Made by a program: the position numbers and the translations under genes
Shown: piece after piece, positions 27,501 to 42,239 of the stretch
Layout of the letters: the number at the start of each line of letters is the position of its first letter
Numbering within the stretch: the first letter of the stretch is position 1
Notes under the pieces: model-generated
Seen by the model: only the letters and a program-made list of their open reading frames with translations
Databases searched by the model: none
What the model was told of the DNA's origin: nothing
From: Eledone cirrhosa
Taxonomy: Eukaryota
Direction: 5' to 3'
DNA length: 64,000 nucleotides
Assembly: GCA_964016885.1 (NCBI GenBank)
Contig: OZ024764.1
Location: 17,670,001-17,734,000, forward strand

Positions 27501-29703
27501 AAATGGCTAAAACAGAATCATAAGCGACTAAACTGACACTAAAATGGCTAAAACGGTATATAAATGAGGAAAATGGTTCTAAGATGTATAAAACGGCATT
27601 AGTCATGACTAAAATGACTCTAAAATTGCTAAAACCGCATCAGAAATGACTAAAATGACTCTTAGATGGCTAAAACAGCATCGTAAATGACTGAAATGAC
27701 CCTAAAATATCTAAAACGGTGTATAAATGACTAAAATGACTCTAAAAGGGCTAAACCCGCCCCATAAAGGACTAAAATGACTCTAAATTAGCTAAAACCG
27801 TTTCATAAATGACTAAAATGGCTAAAACCGCATCATTAATAACTAAAATGGCTAAAACGGAATCATAAACGACTAAACTGACACTAAAATCGCTAAAACA
27901 GCATCATAAATGACTAAAGTGACCCTAAAAATGGCTAAAACGGTATATAAAGGAGGAAAATGGGTCTAAGATGTATAAAACGGCATTAGTCATGACTAAA
28001 ATGACTCTTAGATGGATAAAACCGCATCATGAATGACTAAAATGGATAAAACCGCATCTTCAATGACTAAAGTGCCTCTAAAATGGCTAAAGCCGCATCG
28101 TAATTGGCTAAAATGACTCGAAAATGGCTAAAACCGTCTCATAAATAACTGAAATATCGCTAAAATGCCTATAACAGCATTATAAATGGCAAAAATGACC
28201 CTAAAAATGGCAAAAACTGTATATAAATAATGAAAATTACTCTAAAATGGATAAAAGGGCATCAGAAATGACTAGAATGACCCTCAGATGGCTAAAACAG
28301 CATTGTAAATGACTAAAATGGCTAAAACCTCATCTTAAATGACTAAAGTAACTCTAAAATGGCTAAAACCGCATAAAAAATGACTAAAATGACTCTAAAA
28401 TTGGTAAAACCGCATCATAAATGACTAAAACGGCATCATAATTGAATAAATACCTCTAAAATGGCTAGAACTACATCATAAATGACTATAATAGATCTTA
28501 AATTGCTAAAACAGCATAATGAATGATTATAATGACACTAAAATGGTTTAAACGATATATAAATTACGAAAATGACACTAAAATGGCTTAAACGGCACCA
28601 TAAATAGCTAAAATGGGTGTTAAATTCCTAAATGACCCTAAAAATGGCTAAAACGGTATATAATAGATGAAAATGACTCTAAAATTGATGAAACGGCATC
28701 AGAAATGACTGAAAAGACTCTTAGATGGCTAAAACTGCATCATAATTGACTAAAATGGCTAAAACCGAATCGTAAATGGCTAAATAAACTCTAAAATAGC
28801 TAAAACGGCTCATAAATTACTAAAATTACTCTAAAATGGCTAAAACCGCATCGTAAATGACTAAAATGACCCTAAAATGTCTAAAACGGTGTATAAATGA
28901 CGAAAATGACTCTAAAATGGCTAAAACGCCTCATAAAGGCCTGAAATGATTCTAAAATGGCTAAAACGGCATCATGAATGACTAAAATGACTTTATAATG
29001 GCTAAAACGGCCTCATAAATAACGAAAGTGACTCTAAAATGGCTAAAACGGCCTCAAAAATAACTAAAATTTCTCTAAAAGGGCTAACACGACATTATAA
29101 ATGACTAAAATGGGACTCAAATGGCTAAAACAGCATCATGAATGACTAAAATGACTCTTAATTGGCTAAAAGGCATAGCAAATGACTAAAATGACCCTAA
29201 AATGGCTAAAACAGCATATAAATGACGAAAATGACGCTAAAATGGATAAAACAGCATCAGAAATGACTAAAGTGACTATAAAATGGCTAAAACCGCATCA
29301 TAAAGGACTAAAATGAGTCTAAAATGGCTGTAAAATGGCTAAAATCGCATCATAAATGAAGAAAATGACTCTATAATGGCTAAAACGGCATCATAAATGA
29401 CTAAAATGACACTTAAATGGCTAAAACTGCACCATAAAGGACTAAAATGATTAAAGCCGCATTGTAAATGACTAATATGACTCTAAAATTGCTATAACGG
29501 CATCATAAATGACTAAAATGACTCTAAAATGCTTAAAACGGCATCATTAGTAGCTAAAACGCCATCATAAATGACTAAAACGGCAACATAAATGATTCAA
29601 TGCCTCTAAAATAGCTCAAACGCCATCATAAATGATTAAAATGACTGTAAAATGGCTAAAACCGCATCATAAATGAATAAAATGACTCTAAAATGGCTAA
29701 AAC
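18535..29703 (+). repeat. Satellite I: 41-bp monomer (aaatgactaaaatgactctaaaatggctaaaaccgcatcat) with 30-bp variant
   Basis: 11-kb tandem array of ~10-11-bp A-tract subunits with irregular larger block duplications. Confidence 0.95.
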
Positions 29704-32700
29704 TGTATTAAATATTGCATATATACTACTATAGAAGCCATTTTTGTATAAAATATGTCATTCTTTCTACTAATATTCCTCATATTAATGAGTTTTTGTG
29801 TGGTAGAAGCCATTTCTGAATTAAATATTGCATATACACTACTATTTCCATCGAATTAATGAGTTCGGTTCATTTAGAAGCCATTTCCGTATTAAATATG
29901 TCATATAATCTACTAATACCTTTACAATTAAACAATTTCAGTCCTGTAGAAGCCACTCCTCTATTAAATATTGCATATATACTACTATTTGAATCGAATT
30001 AATGAGTTCTAGTCCCTCAGAAGCCATTTCTGTATTAAATACGGCATATACACTATTATTCGATTTGAATGAAGAGTTCTAGTCCTTTAGAAGCCATTTC
30101 TGTATTAAATATCTCATTTAATCTACTAATACCCCTCAAATGATTGAGTTTTTGACTTGCAGAAGCGATTTCTGGATTAAATATTGCATGTATACTACTA
30201 TTTGATGCGAATTAATGATTTCTTGTCCTTCAGAAGCCATTTCTGTATTAAATATGGTATATAATCTAATATTACGCCATTTCTGTATTATATATTGCAT
30301 ATAAACTACTATTCGATTCGAATTAAAGAATTCTAGTCATTTAGAAGCCATTTGTGTACTAAATATGCCATTTAATCTACTAATACCACTCATATTAATG
30401 TAGAAGCCATTTCTGTATTAAATATTGCATATACACTACTATTTTCATTGAGTTAAAGAGTTGCAGTCCTTTAGAAGTCATTTCTGTATTAAATAAAGCA
30501 TTTAATCGACTAATACCCTTCACATTAATGGGTTTGGTTGATGTAGAAGCCATTTCTCTATTAAATATTGCATATACACTACTACTTCCATCGATGTACA
30601 GGGTTTACTTCATTTAGAAGCCATTTCTGTATGAAATATTTCATATATACTACTATTTGAATCGAATTAAAGAGTTTTTGTCGTTTAGAAGCCATTTCTG
30701 TATTAAATATCTCATTTAATCTACTAATACCCCTCAAATGAATGAGTTTTTGACTTGTAGAATCCATTTCTGTACTAAATATTGCATATATACTACTATT
30801 TCCATCGAATTAAAGATATCTCTTCATTCAAAAGCAATTTCTGTATTAAATATGGTATATAATCTACTAATACCACTCATATTGATGAGTTTTAGTGTGG
30901 TAGAAAACATTTCTGAATTAAATATTGCATATACACTACTATTTCCATCGAATTAAAGAGTTCTCTTCATTTAGAAGCCATTTCTGTATTAAATATTGCA
31001 TATACACTACTATTTCCATCAAATTAAAGAGTTCTCTTCATTTAGAAGCCATTTCTGTATTAAATATTGTATATACACTACAATTCAATTCGAAATAAAG
31101 AGTTCTAGTCTTTTAGAAGCCATTTCTGTATTAAATATGGCATTTAATCTACTAATACTCCTCATATAAATGAGTTTTAGTCTTGTAGAAGCCATTTCAA
31201 TATTAAATATGGCATATATACTACTAATACCCCTCATATTAATGACTTTTAGTCTTGTAGAAGCCATTTCTGTAATAAATATTGCATATATACTACTATT
31301 CGATTTGAATTAAAGAGTTCTAGTCCTGTAGAAGCCATTTCTGTATTAAATATGGCATATACACCACTATTTCCATCGAATTAAACAGGTGTCTTTATTT
31401 AGAAGCCATTTCCATATTAAATATGACATATATAATACTAATACCCCTCATATTAATGAGTTTTAGTCTTCTAGAAGCCATTTCCATATTAAATATTGCA
31501 TATATACTATTATTTGATGCGAATTAAAGATATCTCTTCATTCAGAAGCCATTTCTGTATTAAATATGGCATATAATCTACTAATACCCCTCATGTTAAT
31601 GAGTTTTAATCCTATAGAAGACATTTCTGTATTAAATATTGCATATACACTACTATTCAATTCGAATTAAATAGTTCTAGTCCTTTAGAAGCCATTTCTG
31701 TATTAAATATGGCATTTAATCTACTAATACCACTCACATTAATGAGTTTTTGACTTGTAGAAGCCATTTCCGTACTAAATATTGCATATACACTACTATT
31801 TCCATCGAATTAAAGAGTTCTCTTCATTTAGAAGCCATTTCTGTATTAAATATTGCATATACACTACTATTTCCATCGAATTAAAGAGTTCTCTTCATTT
31901 AGAAGCCATTTCTGTATTAAATATTGTATATACACTACAATTCAATTCGAAATAAAGAGTTCTAGTCTTTTAGAAGCCATTTCTGTATTAAATATGGCAT
32001 TTAATCTACTAATACTCCTCATATAAATGAGTTTTAGTCTTGTAGAAGCCATTTCAATATTAAATATGGCATATATACTACTAATACCCCTCATATTAAT
32101 GACTTTTAGTCTTGTAGAAGCCATTTCTGTAATAAATATTGCATATATACTACTATTCGATTTGAATTAAAGAGTTCTAGTCCTGTAGAAGCCATTTCTG
32201 TATTAAATATGGCATATACACCACTATTTCCATCGAATTAAACAGGTGTCTTTATTTAGAAGCCATTTCCATATTAAATATGACATATATAATACTAATA
32301 ACCCTCATATTAATGAGTTTTAGTCTTCTAGAAGCCATTTCCATATTAAATATTGCATATATACTATTATTTGATGCGAATTAAAGATATCTCTTCATTC
32401 AGAAGCCATTTCTGTATTAAATATGGCATATAATCTACTAATACCCCTCATGTTAATGAGTTTTAATCCTATAGAAGACATTTCTGTATTAAATATTGCA
32501 TATACACTACTATTCAATTCGAATTAAATAGTTCTAGTCCTTTAGAAGCCATTTCTGTATTAAATATGGCATTTAATCTACTAATACCACTCACATTAAT
32601 GAGTTTTTGACTTGTAGAAGCCATTTCCGTACTAAATATTGCATATACACTGCTATTTCCATCGATTCAAAAAGTTCCCTTCATTTAGAAAACATTTCTG

Positions 32701-33760
32701 TATTAAATATTGCATATAGACTACTAATACCCCTCATATTAATGAATTTCAGTCCAGTAGAAGCCATTTCTGTATAAAATATTGCATATACACTACTATT
32801 TCATTTGAATTAAAGAGCTCAAGTCCTTTAGAAGCCATTTATGTATTAAATATACCATTTAATCTACTACTACCCCTCAAATGAATGAGTTTTTGACTTG
32901 TAGAAGCCATTTCTGTATTAAATATTGCATATATACTACTATTAGATGCAAATTAATGATTTGTTGAACTTCAGAAGCCATCTCTGTACTAAATATCGCA
33001 TATAATCTACTAATACCCCTCATATTAATGAGTTTTATTACTTTTGAAGCCATTTCTGTATTAAATATTGCATATACGCTACTATTCGATTCAAATTAAA
33101 GAGTTCTAATCCTTTAGAAGCCATTGCGGTATTAAATATGGGATATAATCTATTAACACCCCTCATATTAATGAGTTTTTCTGTGGTAGACACCATTTCT
33201 GAATTAAATATTGCATATATACTACTATTTCCATCGAATTAAAGAGTTCTCTTCATTTAGAAACCATTTTCGTATTAAATATGGCATATAATCTACTAAT
33301 ATCCCTCATATTAATGAGGTTTTGTCTTGTAGAAGCCATTTCTGTATTAAATATTGCATATATACTACTATTCGATTCGAATTAAAGAGTTCTAGTCCTT
33401 TAGAAGCCATTTTCTGTATTATATATGGCTTTTAATCTACTAATACCCCTCAAATTAAAGAGATTTTCAGTTGTAGAAGCCATTTCTGTATTAATTATTG
33501 CATATACTATTTCCTTCGAATGAAAGAATTCTAGTTTATTATAAGCCATTTCTGTATTAAATATGGTATATATACTACTAATACCCCTCAAATAAATGAG
33601 ATTTTGTCTTGTAGAAGCCACTTCTTTATTAAATATTGTATATACTACTATTTGATGCGAATTAAAGAGTTCTAGTCTTTTAGAGGCTATTTCTGTATTA
33701 AATATGGCATTTAATCTACTAATACCCCTCAAATTAATGAGTTTTGACATGTAGAAGCCT
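29704..33760 (+). repeat. Satellite II: 71-72-bp monomer, two interspersed subtypes
   Basis: agaagccattt recurs at 30973, 31044, 31115 and 31187; an 857-bp block is tandemly duplicated. Confidence 0.95.
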
Positions 33761-33767
33761 AAACCAT

Positions 33768-34360
33768 TAGAACTCTTTAATTCGTTGGAAATAGTAGTGT
33801 ATCTCCAATATTTAATACAGAAATGGCTTCTAGAAGGTAAAACTCTTTAATATGAGGGGTTTTAGTAGAGTATATGCAATATTTAACATAGAAATGGATT
33901 CTAAATGCAGTAAACTCTTTAATTCCCATCAAATAGTAGTGTATATGCAATATTTTATACAGAAATGGCTTCTACAAGACTAAAACTTTTTAATATGAGG
34001 GGTATTGGTAGATTATTCTCAATATTTAATACAGAAAGGACTGGAACTCTTTAATTTGATGGTAAACTAAAACTCATTAATATGAGTGGTATTAGTACAT
34101 TATACGAATGAAATAGTAGATTATATGCCATTCTTAATACGGAAATGGCTTCTAAATGAAGAGAACTCTTTAATTCGAAGGAAATAGTAGTGTATATGCT
34201 ATATTTAATAGGGAAATGTCTTCTAATAGACCAGACCTCTTTAATTCACAGCAAATAGTAATGTATATTCTATATTTAATTCAGAAATTGTAGTTTATAT
34301 GCAATATTTAATAGAGAAATATTTTCTAAAGAACTCGAACTCTTTATTTCGAAGGAAATA
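33768..34360 (-). repeat. Satellite II, inverted and more degenerate block
   Basis: tttaatacagaaatggcttcta is the reverse complement of the monomer. Confidence 0.9.
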
Positions 34361-34369
34361 ATAAGATAA

Positions 34370-35098
34370 TAATTATGAAATTATTGTGTACAGTGTTCAT
34401 GTGCACTACAACTCATCAAAGTTGCATGTATAGTATATAAAGTAATGTTCAAATGCCAGGAAAGTGAACAGTGTATGAGTCATGATATATATGTGTGTGT
34501 GTATGGAGGAGAATATCAGGTGTAGTATGGGCGAATCTCAGGAAGTATGGAGGTTTTAAAGGATGCAGTGTCTCGACAGCTAACAACTGATGCAGGGAGT
34601 TTGTTCCATGGAGGTTTTAAAGGATGCAGTGTCTCGACAGCTAACAACTGATGCAGGTAGTTTGTTCCATGGAGGTTTTAAAGGATGCAGTGTCTCGACA
34701 GCTAACAACTGATGCAGGTAGTTTGTTCCATGGAGGTTTTAAAGGATGCAGTGTCTCGACAGCTAACAACTGATGCAGGTAGTTTGTTCCATGGAGGTTT
34801 TAAAGGATGCTGTGTCTCGACAGCTAACAACTGATGCAGGTAGTTTGTTCCATGGAGGTTTTAAAGGATGCAGTGTCCCGACAGCTAACAACTGATGCAG
34901 GTAGTTTGTTCAATGCTTCAGCAACTCTGAGTGTGAAGAAATGTTTCTGAAATTGATGGGAGCTGTGCTGTTTTCTGACTTTGTAGGCATGTCCACATAT
35001 GTTAGACACATGGAATTAAAAAAGGTGCTCAGGGTTGTTGTTGGCAAGATGGTTAATAATCTTGTGGGTGTCTACCAAGTTAGTTGCTAGACGTCAGA
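34370..35098 (-). mobile_element. CR1-group LINE 3' end
   Basis: RRLATNLVDTHKII...GHAYKVRK...HFFTLRVAEALNKLPASVVSC..SFK matches the CR1 C-terminal pattern GH.YKL...FFS.RV...WN.LP..VV. Confidence 0.85.
34547..34911. repeat. 61-bp minisatellite, 6 copies, inside the CR1 fragment
   Basis: Units start at 34547, 34608, 34669, 34730, 34791 and 34852. Confidence 0.95.
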
Positions 35099-35100
35099 GT

Positions 35101-35135
<35 letters not shown>

Positions 35136-35138
<3 letters not shown>

Positions 35139-35557
35139 GTGTATAATGGTAGCTATGGTGCTTCCATAGGCGGTATGCCAAAATTAGCACTCAATATTCA
35201 TACAGAGTAGAGTGCGGATAGTATAAAAAAACGAAAAATCCGTGATGCATCTGGACTCAGTTTATTGCGTGTTACAATTGTTTCGCCGGCAGGTAGCTCG
35301 AGACATGATCAATGTATTGATCTGGCTAATTCTACGGCTGCAGGTTCCTTCGGATGCAGGTAGTTCGTTCGGAGAAAATTATCTCACAGTGAGAAAATTT
35401 TCTCCGAACGAACTACCCGCGTCCGAAGGAACCTGCAGCCGTAGAATTAGCCAGATCAATACATTGATCATGTCTCGAGCTACCTGCCGGCGAAACAATT
35501 GTAACACGCAATAAACTGAGTCCAGATGCATCACGGATTTTTCGTTTTTTTATACTA
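35136..35557 (-). mobile_element. Fold-back element: ~335-bp near-perfect palindrome (centre 35388) plus 85-bp tail
   Basis: 35220-35387 mirrors 35389-35557; each arm has cggcGAAACAATTGTA (3' half of a hammerhead); (TA)n flanks. Confidence 0.75.
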
Positions 35558-35646
35558 TATATATATATACATACATATATATACAAATATATATATGTAT
35601 ATATATACAAATATATATATGTATATATATATATATATATATACAA

Positions 35647-35683
<37 letters not shown>

Positions 35684-35686
35684 TAT

Positions 35687-35720
<34 letters not shown>

Positions 35721-35955
35721 CTGTAACAATAATAAATATTCAATTTATATATAATAAAAACACAACACAATTCATATATAATATATATTATTACAAGAAA
35801 CTTTATTTATCAAACATTTTCTTTATAATTTCAGGATGAATTGATGTGATGAAGGTGAGATTTCAAGATGTTGTACCCCTGAAAAGAATGAATAAAAGTT
35901 TATTAAATATAAGAATAGTTGTTGTTGAAACCTTATTTCAAAATCTCTCCCACTC

Positions 35956-36017
<62 letters not shown>

Positions 36018-36483
36018 AGGAGGTTATAGTTCACTTGAAGCATTGTGTAATGAGGTATAAACGTTTGTATATATAGAATAAAGAATGCAAATGCAAAAGA
36101 TATTTGATAGAGCTTCTAGCCCCATATTTACACACACACCCCACACACACACACACACACACGCTTACACCTCCACTTATTCTCTCTCACACACACACAT
36201 ACACACACAAAGACCAGTTCTAACACGAGATAACATCTATCCCCCACATTTACATATAGACATATTTTCTCACACTCACACACACACTCACATACTTACA
36301 CCTTTATGCATTCTCCCACACACTTAAACAGGCATGTACAAAAAAAACCCCTTTAAAGGGAGACTACTCTTTATCCACCTAATCTTAACTCTTTGACATT
36401 AGAGATAGAACAGATACTCTACACCATTTCCTGTCAGCATGACTTGGCAAGCTATTTAGAACACTGGTTTAACCGCTTTACTT

Positions 36484-36520
36484 CCCTCCGAAGAAGAGAT
36501 ATTATCTCGAAAATTAAGGA
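36484..36520 (+). ncRNA. Degenerate hammerhead motif
   Basis: CCU-CcGAAGA-a-GAGAU(auu)AUCUC-GAA-AAUU-A/AGG; U4 is mutated and stem I is short. Confidence 0.4.
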
Positions 36521-36643
36521 CATTTAAATAAATCTAAGGTAAAAGACTAATTGTCAACAATATCTTTTGCATTTGCATTCTTTATTCTATGTCCATAACT
36601 GCATTGTTTTGGCTTTATTATACATATACAAACGTTTATATAT

Positions 36644-36718
<75 letters not shown>

Positions 36719-36757
36719 TATATATATATATATATATACTATATATATATATATATA

Positions 36758-36840
<83 letters not shown>

Positions 36841-36890
36841 TATATGTATATATATATGTATATATATGTATATATATATATGTATATATG

Positions 36891-36924
<34 letters not shown>

Positions 36925-36957
36925 TAGTATGTATATATACTATATATATATTCATGA

Positions 36958-37074
36958 AGGCGTGTGGCTGAGTGGTTAGAGAATTGGATTCAGAATCTTG
37001 AGGTTGCGAGTTCGATTCCCAGACCGGGTGATGCATTATGTCCTTGAGCAAGACACTTTATTTCACGTTGCTCC
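36958..37074 (+). mobile_element. tRNA-derived SINE head with CORE/V-like segment
   Basis: tggctgagtgg (A-box), gagttcgattcc (B-box), tgtccttgagcaagacactt. Confidence 0.75.
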
Positions 37075-37676
37075 TTCTACCTGGAGTTGCGACCGATAGA
37101 TAGCATTAGCAATTTGAAAGACCAAGGGAAACATTGCTTCCTCGGCCCGATTTGACGAAAATCAATCGTAAACAATTTTTTTAATAAAAATATATATAGT
37201 ACGTATATATATATGTATATATATATATGTATATGAAAAATGGCGTGCTGCGTTGTTGCAAATGGGGTACATATGAATAAAATTAGTCCTTTATCAGTGA
37301 TCTTCCAACCATCATTGGTATTTCTTCGCATTAAAGATCATATACCTCTGGTTGGTGCGAGCAATAACTAAAGAAAGTTATTGGGACAAGTAAAATAGGG
37401 TGAAGCGAGCGAGACATGTAAACAAACAGAGATGGTAATGCAGCGGAAAGATAGGAAGATAGAAACAAGTCCGTGATATCTATGAACTTAAGCTCGGTGA
37501 AATCATAGACGAGAGATACAAACCATCCGACCTGGGTGAGATGTGAGCGAGAAAAGGACTTCACACAGGATTAAACGGGAGGAAGTGAGAGAGGGGGAGT
37601 AGCATAGAGTGAGTGAGTGAAAGTGTGAGGAAGAGGCCAGCTGAGAGAGAGTCACTGGCAGAGGGGTAAAAAGAAG

Positions 37677-37749
<73 letters not shown>

Positions 37750-37970
37750 GAACGATCGACGATCTAACCACTCAGCCACGCGCCTTCATATATATATATA
37801 AATATAATATATATATATATATATAGTATGTATATATACTAAATATATATATATGAGGGTCATATTGTTGTAATATTGCCAGAAATAATAACAGAACAAA
37901 CTCATTGTTTGGTTAGTTTGCGTTTCTGTATCTTTTATATCTCCATACATATATAAATAATGTATATATA

Positions 37971-38009
<39 letters not shown>

Positions 38010-38194
38010 AAGTACCAGTAATACACTACGATAATTGCTGGCCTTGTGCCAAAAGTAGAAACAACTATTATTGTTGTTGTTGTTGTTATTTGCTGATTCA
38101 GCGTCCGTTGAATCAGCAAAATGAGACAAAAGGATCTCCATCGCCGTCGACGTAGTCGTCGCCGCCACCGCCACCATTATCATTATTATTATTA

Positions 38195-38226
<32 letters not shown>

Positions 38227-38286
38227 GTTGTTTATTTGTGTCATCAATAATAGAAAATTCAACATTTTTCTTGGTTACTGTGTCTC

Positions 38287-38320
<34 letters not shown>

Positions 38321-38424
38321 GCTCTGTTTGCCTTCCTGTTTGTCCGTCTGTCTGTTTGTCAACATTTGTTTTCTAAATTTTTTAAACTTTTGAGTAAAGT
38401 TTTCTTAAAGTTATCCGGCTTCTC

Positions 38425-38550
<126 letters not shown>

Positions 38551-38825
38551 GTCTGTCTGTCCGTTTGTCCTGGTTTTTGTTTGTTAAATTTCAATATATT
38601 TTTATGTGTTTGACATACCGATTGATTTTTAATTAACTAATTAACATATGTATGTGTGTATGTAGACATATATATTTATATATATATATAAATATATATA
38701 TGTATGTATATATATATATATATACACACACATATATATACATATATACATATATAATTATATATATATATATACACACATATACATACATATACACATA
38801 TACACATACATATATACATATACAC

Positions 38826-38938
<113 letters not shown>

Positions 38939-39131
38939 AGACGTGTCTGCGCTTTCTTTGTTTAACTTTTTTGCTGTGTAAACAATTCATTACAAAATCT
39001 ATTGAAAAAAAAAACAAATTACTATAAACTGTTATTATTAGTAATAATAAAAATAATAAAAATAATAATAATAATAAAAACAACAACAACAGTAACAACA
39101 ACAATACTACTACTACTACTACTACTACTAC

Positions 39132-39162
<31 letters not shown>

Positions 39163-39478
39163 TATTATTATTATTATAATAACAGTTACAACAAGACTGA
39201 AGAAGAAAGTTCTAAGACATCGTCAACAACAGCAACAACAACAACAACAGCAACAGCAGCAACAGCAACAACAACAACAGCAACAGCAACAGCAACAACA
39301 ACAACAGCAACAACAGCGCTATTTCTGTTCTATAAAGGTTTGCATTGAATGAGAAACAAAGCGTGATAGCGACTAAAACCCAGGAGTTGATAACGAGAAT
39401 ATGATGAGGTCAGCTGTATGAAACCATATATGATCAAAGACCTACTTTGAGAAGAGAACGCATGCATATATATGCGTG

Positions 39479-39616
<138 letters not shown>

Positions 39617-39639
39617 CTGTTTATTTCTACATATATTAT

Positions 39640-39675
<36 letters not shown>

Positions 39676-39760
39676 TTATATATATATATATATTAATATA
39701 TGTGTGTATACACATATTCATAGATGCATATATTACACATCCACATAGTCATGTATATAT

Positions 39761-39816
<56 letters not shown>

Positions 39817-39885
39817 TTATACATACATATGTTTATATATATATACATATATATATTTATTTATATATATATACATACATATGTT

Positions 39886-39991
<106 letters not shown>

Positions 39992-40128
39992 CATGTATAT
40001 ATATATATATTTATATATATATGTATATATATATATATGTATATATATATATAAAATGAAGATAACTTTGATAGGCATCGACCAGTATTGATCTAGTCTA
40101 TGTCTAACGTAATATATATACACATATT

Positions 40129-40181
<53 letters not shown>

Positions 40182-40363
40182 TATGTATATATATATATAC
40201 AGAAACACAGACAGGGTCATATATGTATATAAATATATTCATAAATATATATATATATATACACATATATATATATATATTAATATAAATATATACATAC
40301 ATACATATATACATATATCTACATATGTATATACATATACGTATGTATATACACATATACATC

Positions 40364-40421
<58 letters not shown>

Positions 40422-40845
40422 TACGTACATACCAGAATACATCACCGTCACCACCACCACCACCATCAACTACTTCATCTTTTTTAATTCTCACCTGTAC
40501 CCTCATCACAACCCCTACCTCCTCCCCCCCCCTTATATACCCCCCCCCTCTGCCACCACCTCGTATATGCCGTCAAACATCAAAGGGTGTTGTTGTGTTT
40601 CTCTCACGGAAGCTGTAACTATCCCTGCTTAACTATACAATAAACATAATATATTTTATTTGGTTTAATTTGCTTTTAAGGTTTTAAAAAAAGGTCGGGT
40701 GGGGGTCGGGTGTAGTGGGGTGGGCTCTTGAGGCTAAGACGGCTGCGGTGTCTGTCTCTTTGTGTGACTATATCTATCTATATATATAAATATGTATGTA
40801 TATATGTATATATATATATATATAATATATATATAAATATGTATG

Positions 40846-40883
<38 letters not shown>

Positions 40884-40977
40884 TGTATGTATATATATAT
40901 ATAAATAAATATATATATATATATATATAAATATGTATGTATATATATATAAATATATATACAAATTCAGAAACGAA

Positions 40978-41010
<33 letters not shown>

Positions 41011-41016
41011 AATATG

Positions 41017-41088
<72 letters not shown>

Positions 41089-41128
41089 TAAGTAAGTTAA
41101 TTTTATAATTTCCTTATCTTACGTCTCT

Positions 41129-41159
<31 letters not shown>

Positions 41160-41189
41160 GTGTAATAAACAACATAAGACAATTATTCC

Positions 41190-41254
41190 ATTTACCAAAG
41201 GTTTCACGAAGACAGATGAGCTTGACAGAGACGTCTGAAGTCGCTCATCAGAAT
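41190..41254 (-). ncRNA. Hammerhead motif (family H) in a short (TA)n-flanked island
   Basis: AUU-CUGAUGA-GCGA...UCGU-GAA-ACC(uuu)GGU-A/AAU; stem I only 3 bp. Confidence 0.55.
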
Positions 41255-41278
41255 TAAATTTTATTTGGAGTGGATAAA

Positions 41279-41328
<50 letters not shown>

Positions 41329-41402
41329 GTGTGTGTGTATATATATTGATATATATATATACAAGTAATCAAAGTGTGTCTACATTTTAGGGGGACTCCC
41401 TG

Positions 41403-41434
<32 letters not shown>

Positions 41435-41454
41435 AATATATATATATATATTTA

Positions 41455-41592
41455 TAATTAGAAAGTAAACATCAAAATATAACTACTCCATGGAGTAGTT
41501 ATATTCTGTGTAGTTTACTTTCTAATTAAACAGCCCTGATCTATACATAGAGCACTCTATTTTCCTTTGCTTTTTCTTCCGAATTACCTAAC
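41455..41592 (+). mobile_element. Short fold-back element (73-bp imperfect palindrome centred on CCATGG plus tail)
   Basis: taattagaaagtaaac..aatataactactcca/tggagtagttatatt..gtttactttctaatta. Confidence 0.5.
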
Positions 41593-41796
41593 ATCTATCT
41601 ATCTATCTAGGGCGGGTAAAATTCCCGAGATCCATGGACGAGTTCTCTCCAGCGGTCTCTGTCCCTCATTATCGCTGCCATGTCCTGCCTCTCCAACAGA
41701 CCAGTGTCTGTCCTTAGGGCATCAACATACGTTAACCTTGGTCTTCCTCTTCTAGTGTGTCCATGTAGGGGCTCCCAAAGGAGCACTGAGTGCAAT
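41593..41796 (-). mobile_element. RTE-clade LINE 3' end; second copy at 58020-58145
   Basis: [24 protein letters not shown]...[11 protein letters not shown] followed by a (TAGA)n tail; typical RTE C-terminus. Confidence 0.85.

Positions 41797-42239
<443 letters not shown>

Noticed and set aside
18535-34360. CRISPR-like regular arrays
   Set aside because: No unique spacers or cas genes; these are eukaryotic tandem satellites.
35836-35845. Phase-2 terminal exon for the + strand gene (tttcAG G ATG AAT TGA)
   Set aside because: Only three codons and across the scaffold gap; indistinguishable from chance.
36958-37025. tRNA gene (also 46870 and 54708)
   Set aside because: A/B boxes run into SINE body sequence and no full cloverleaf forms.
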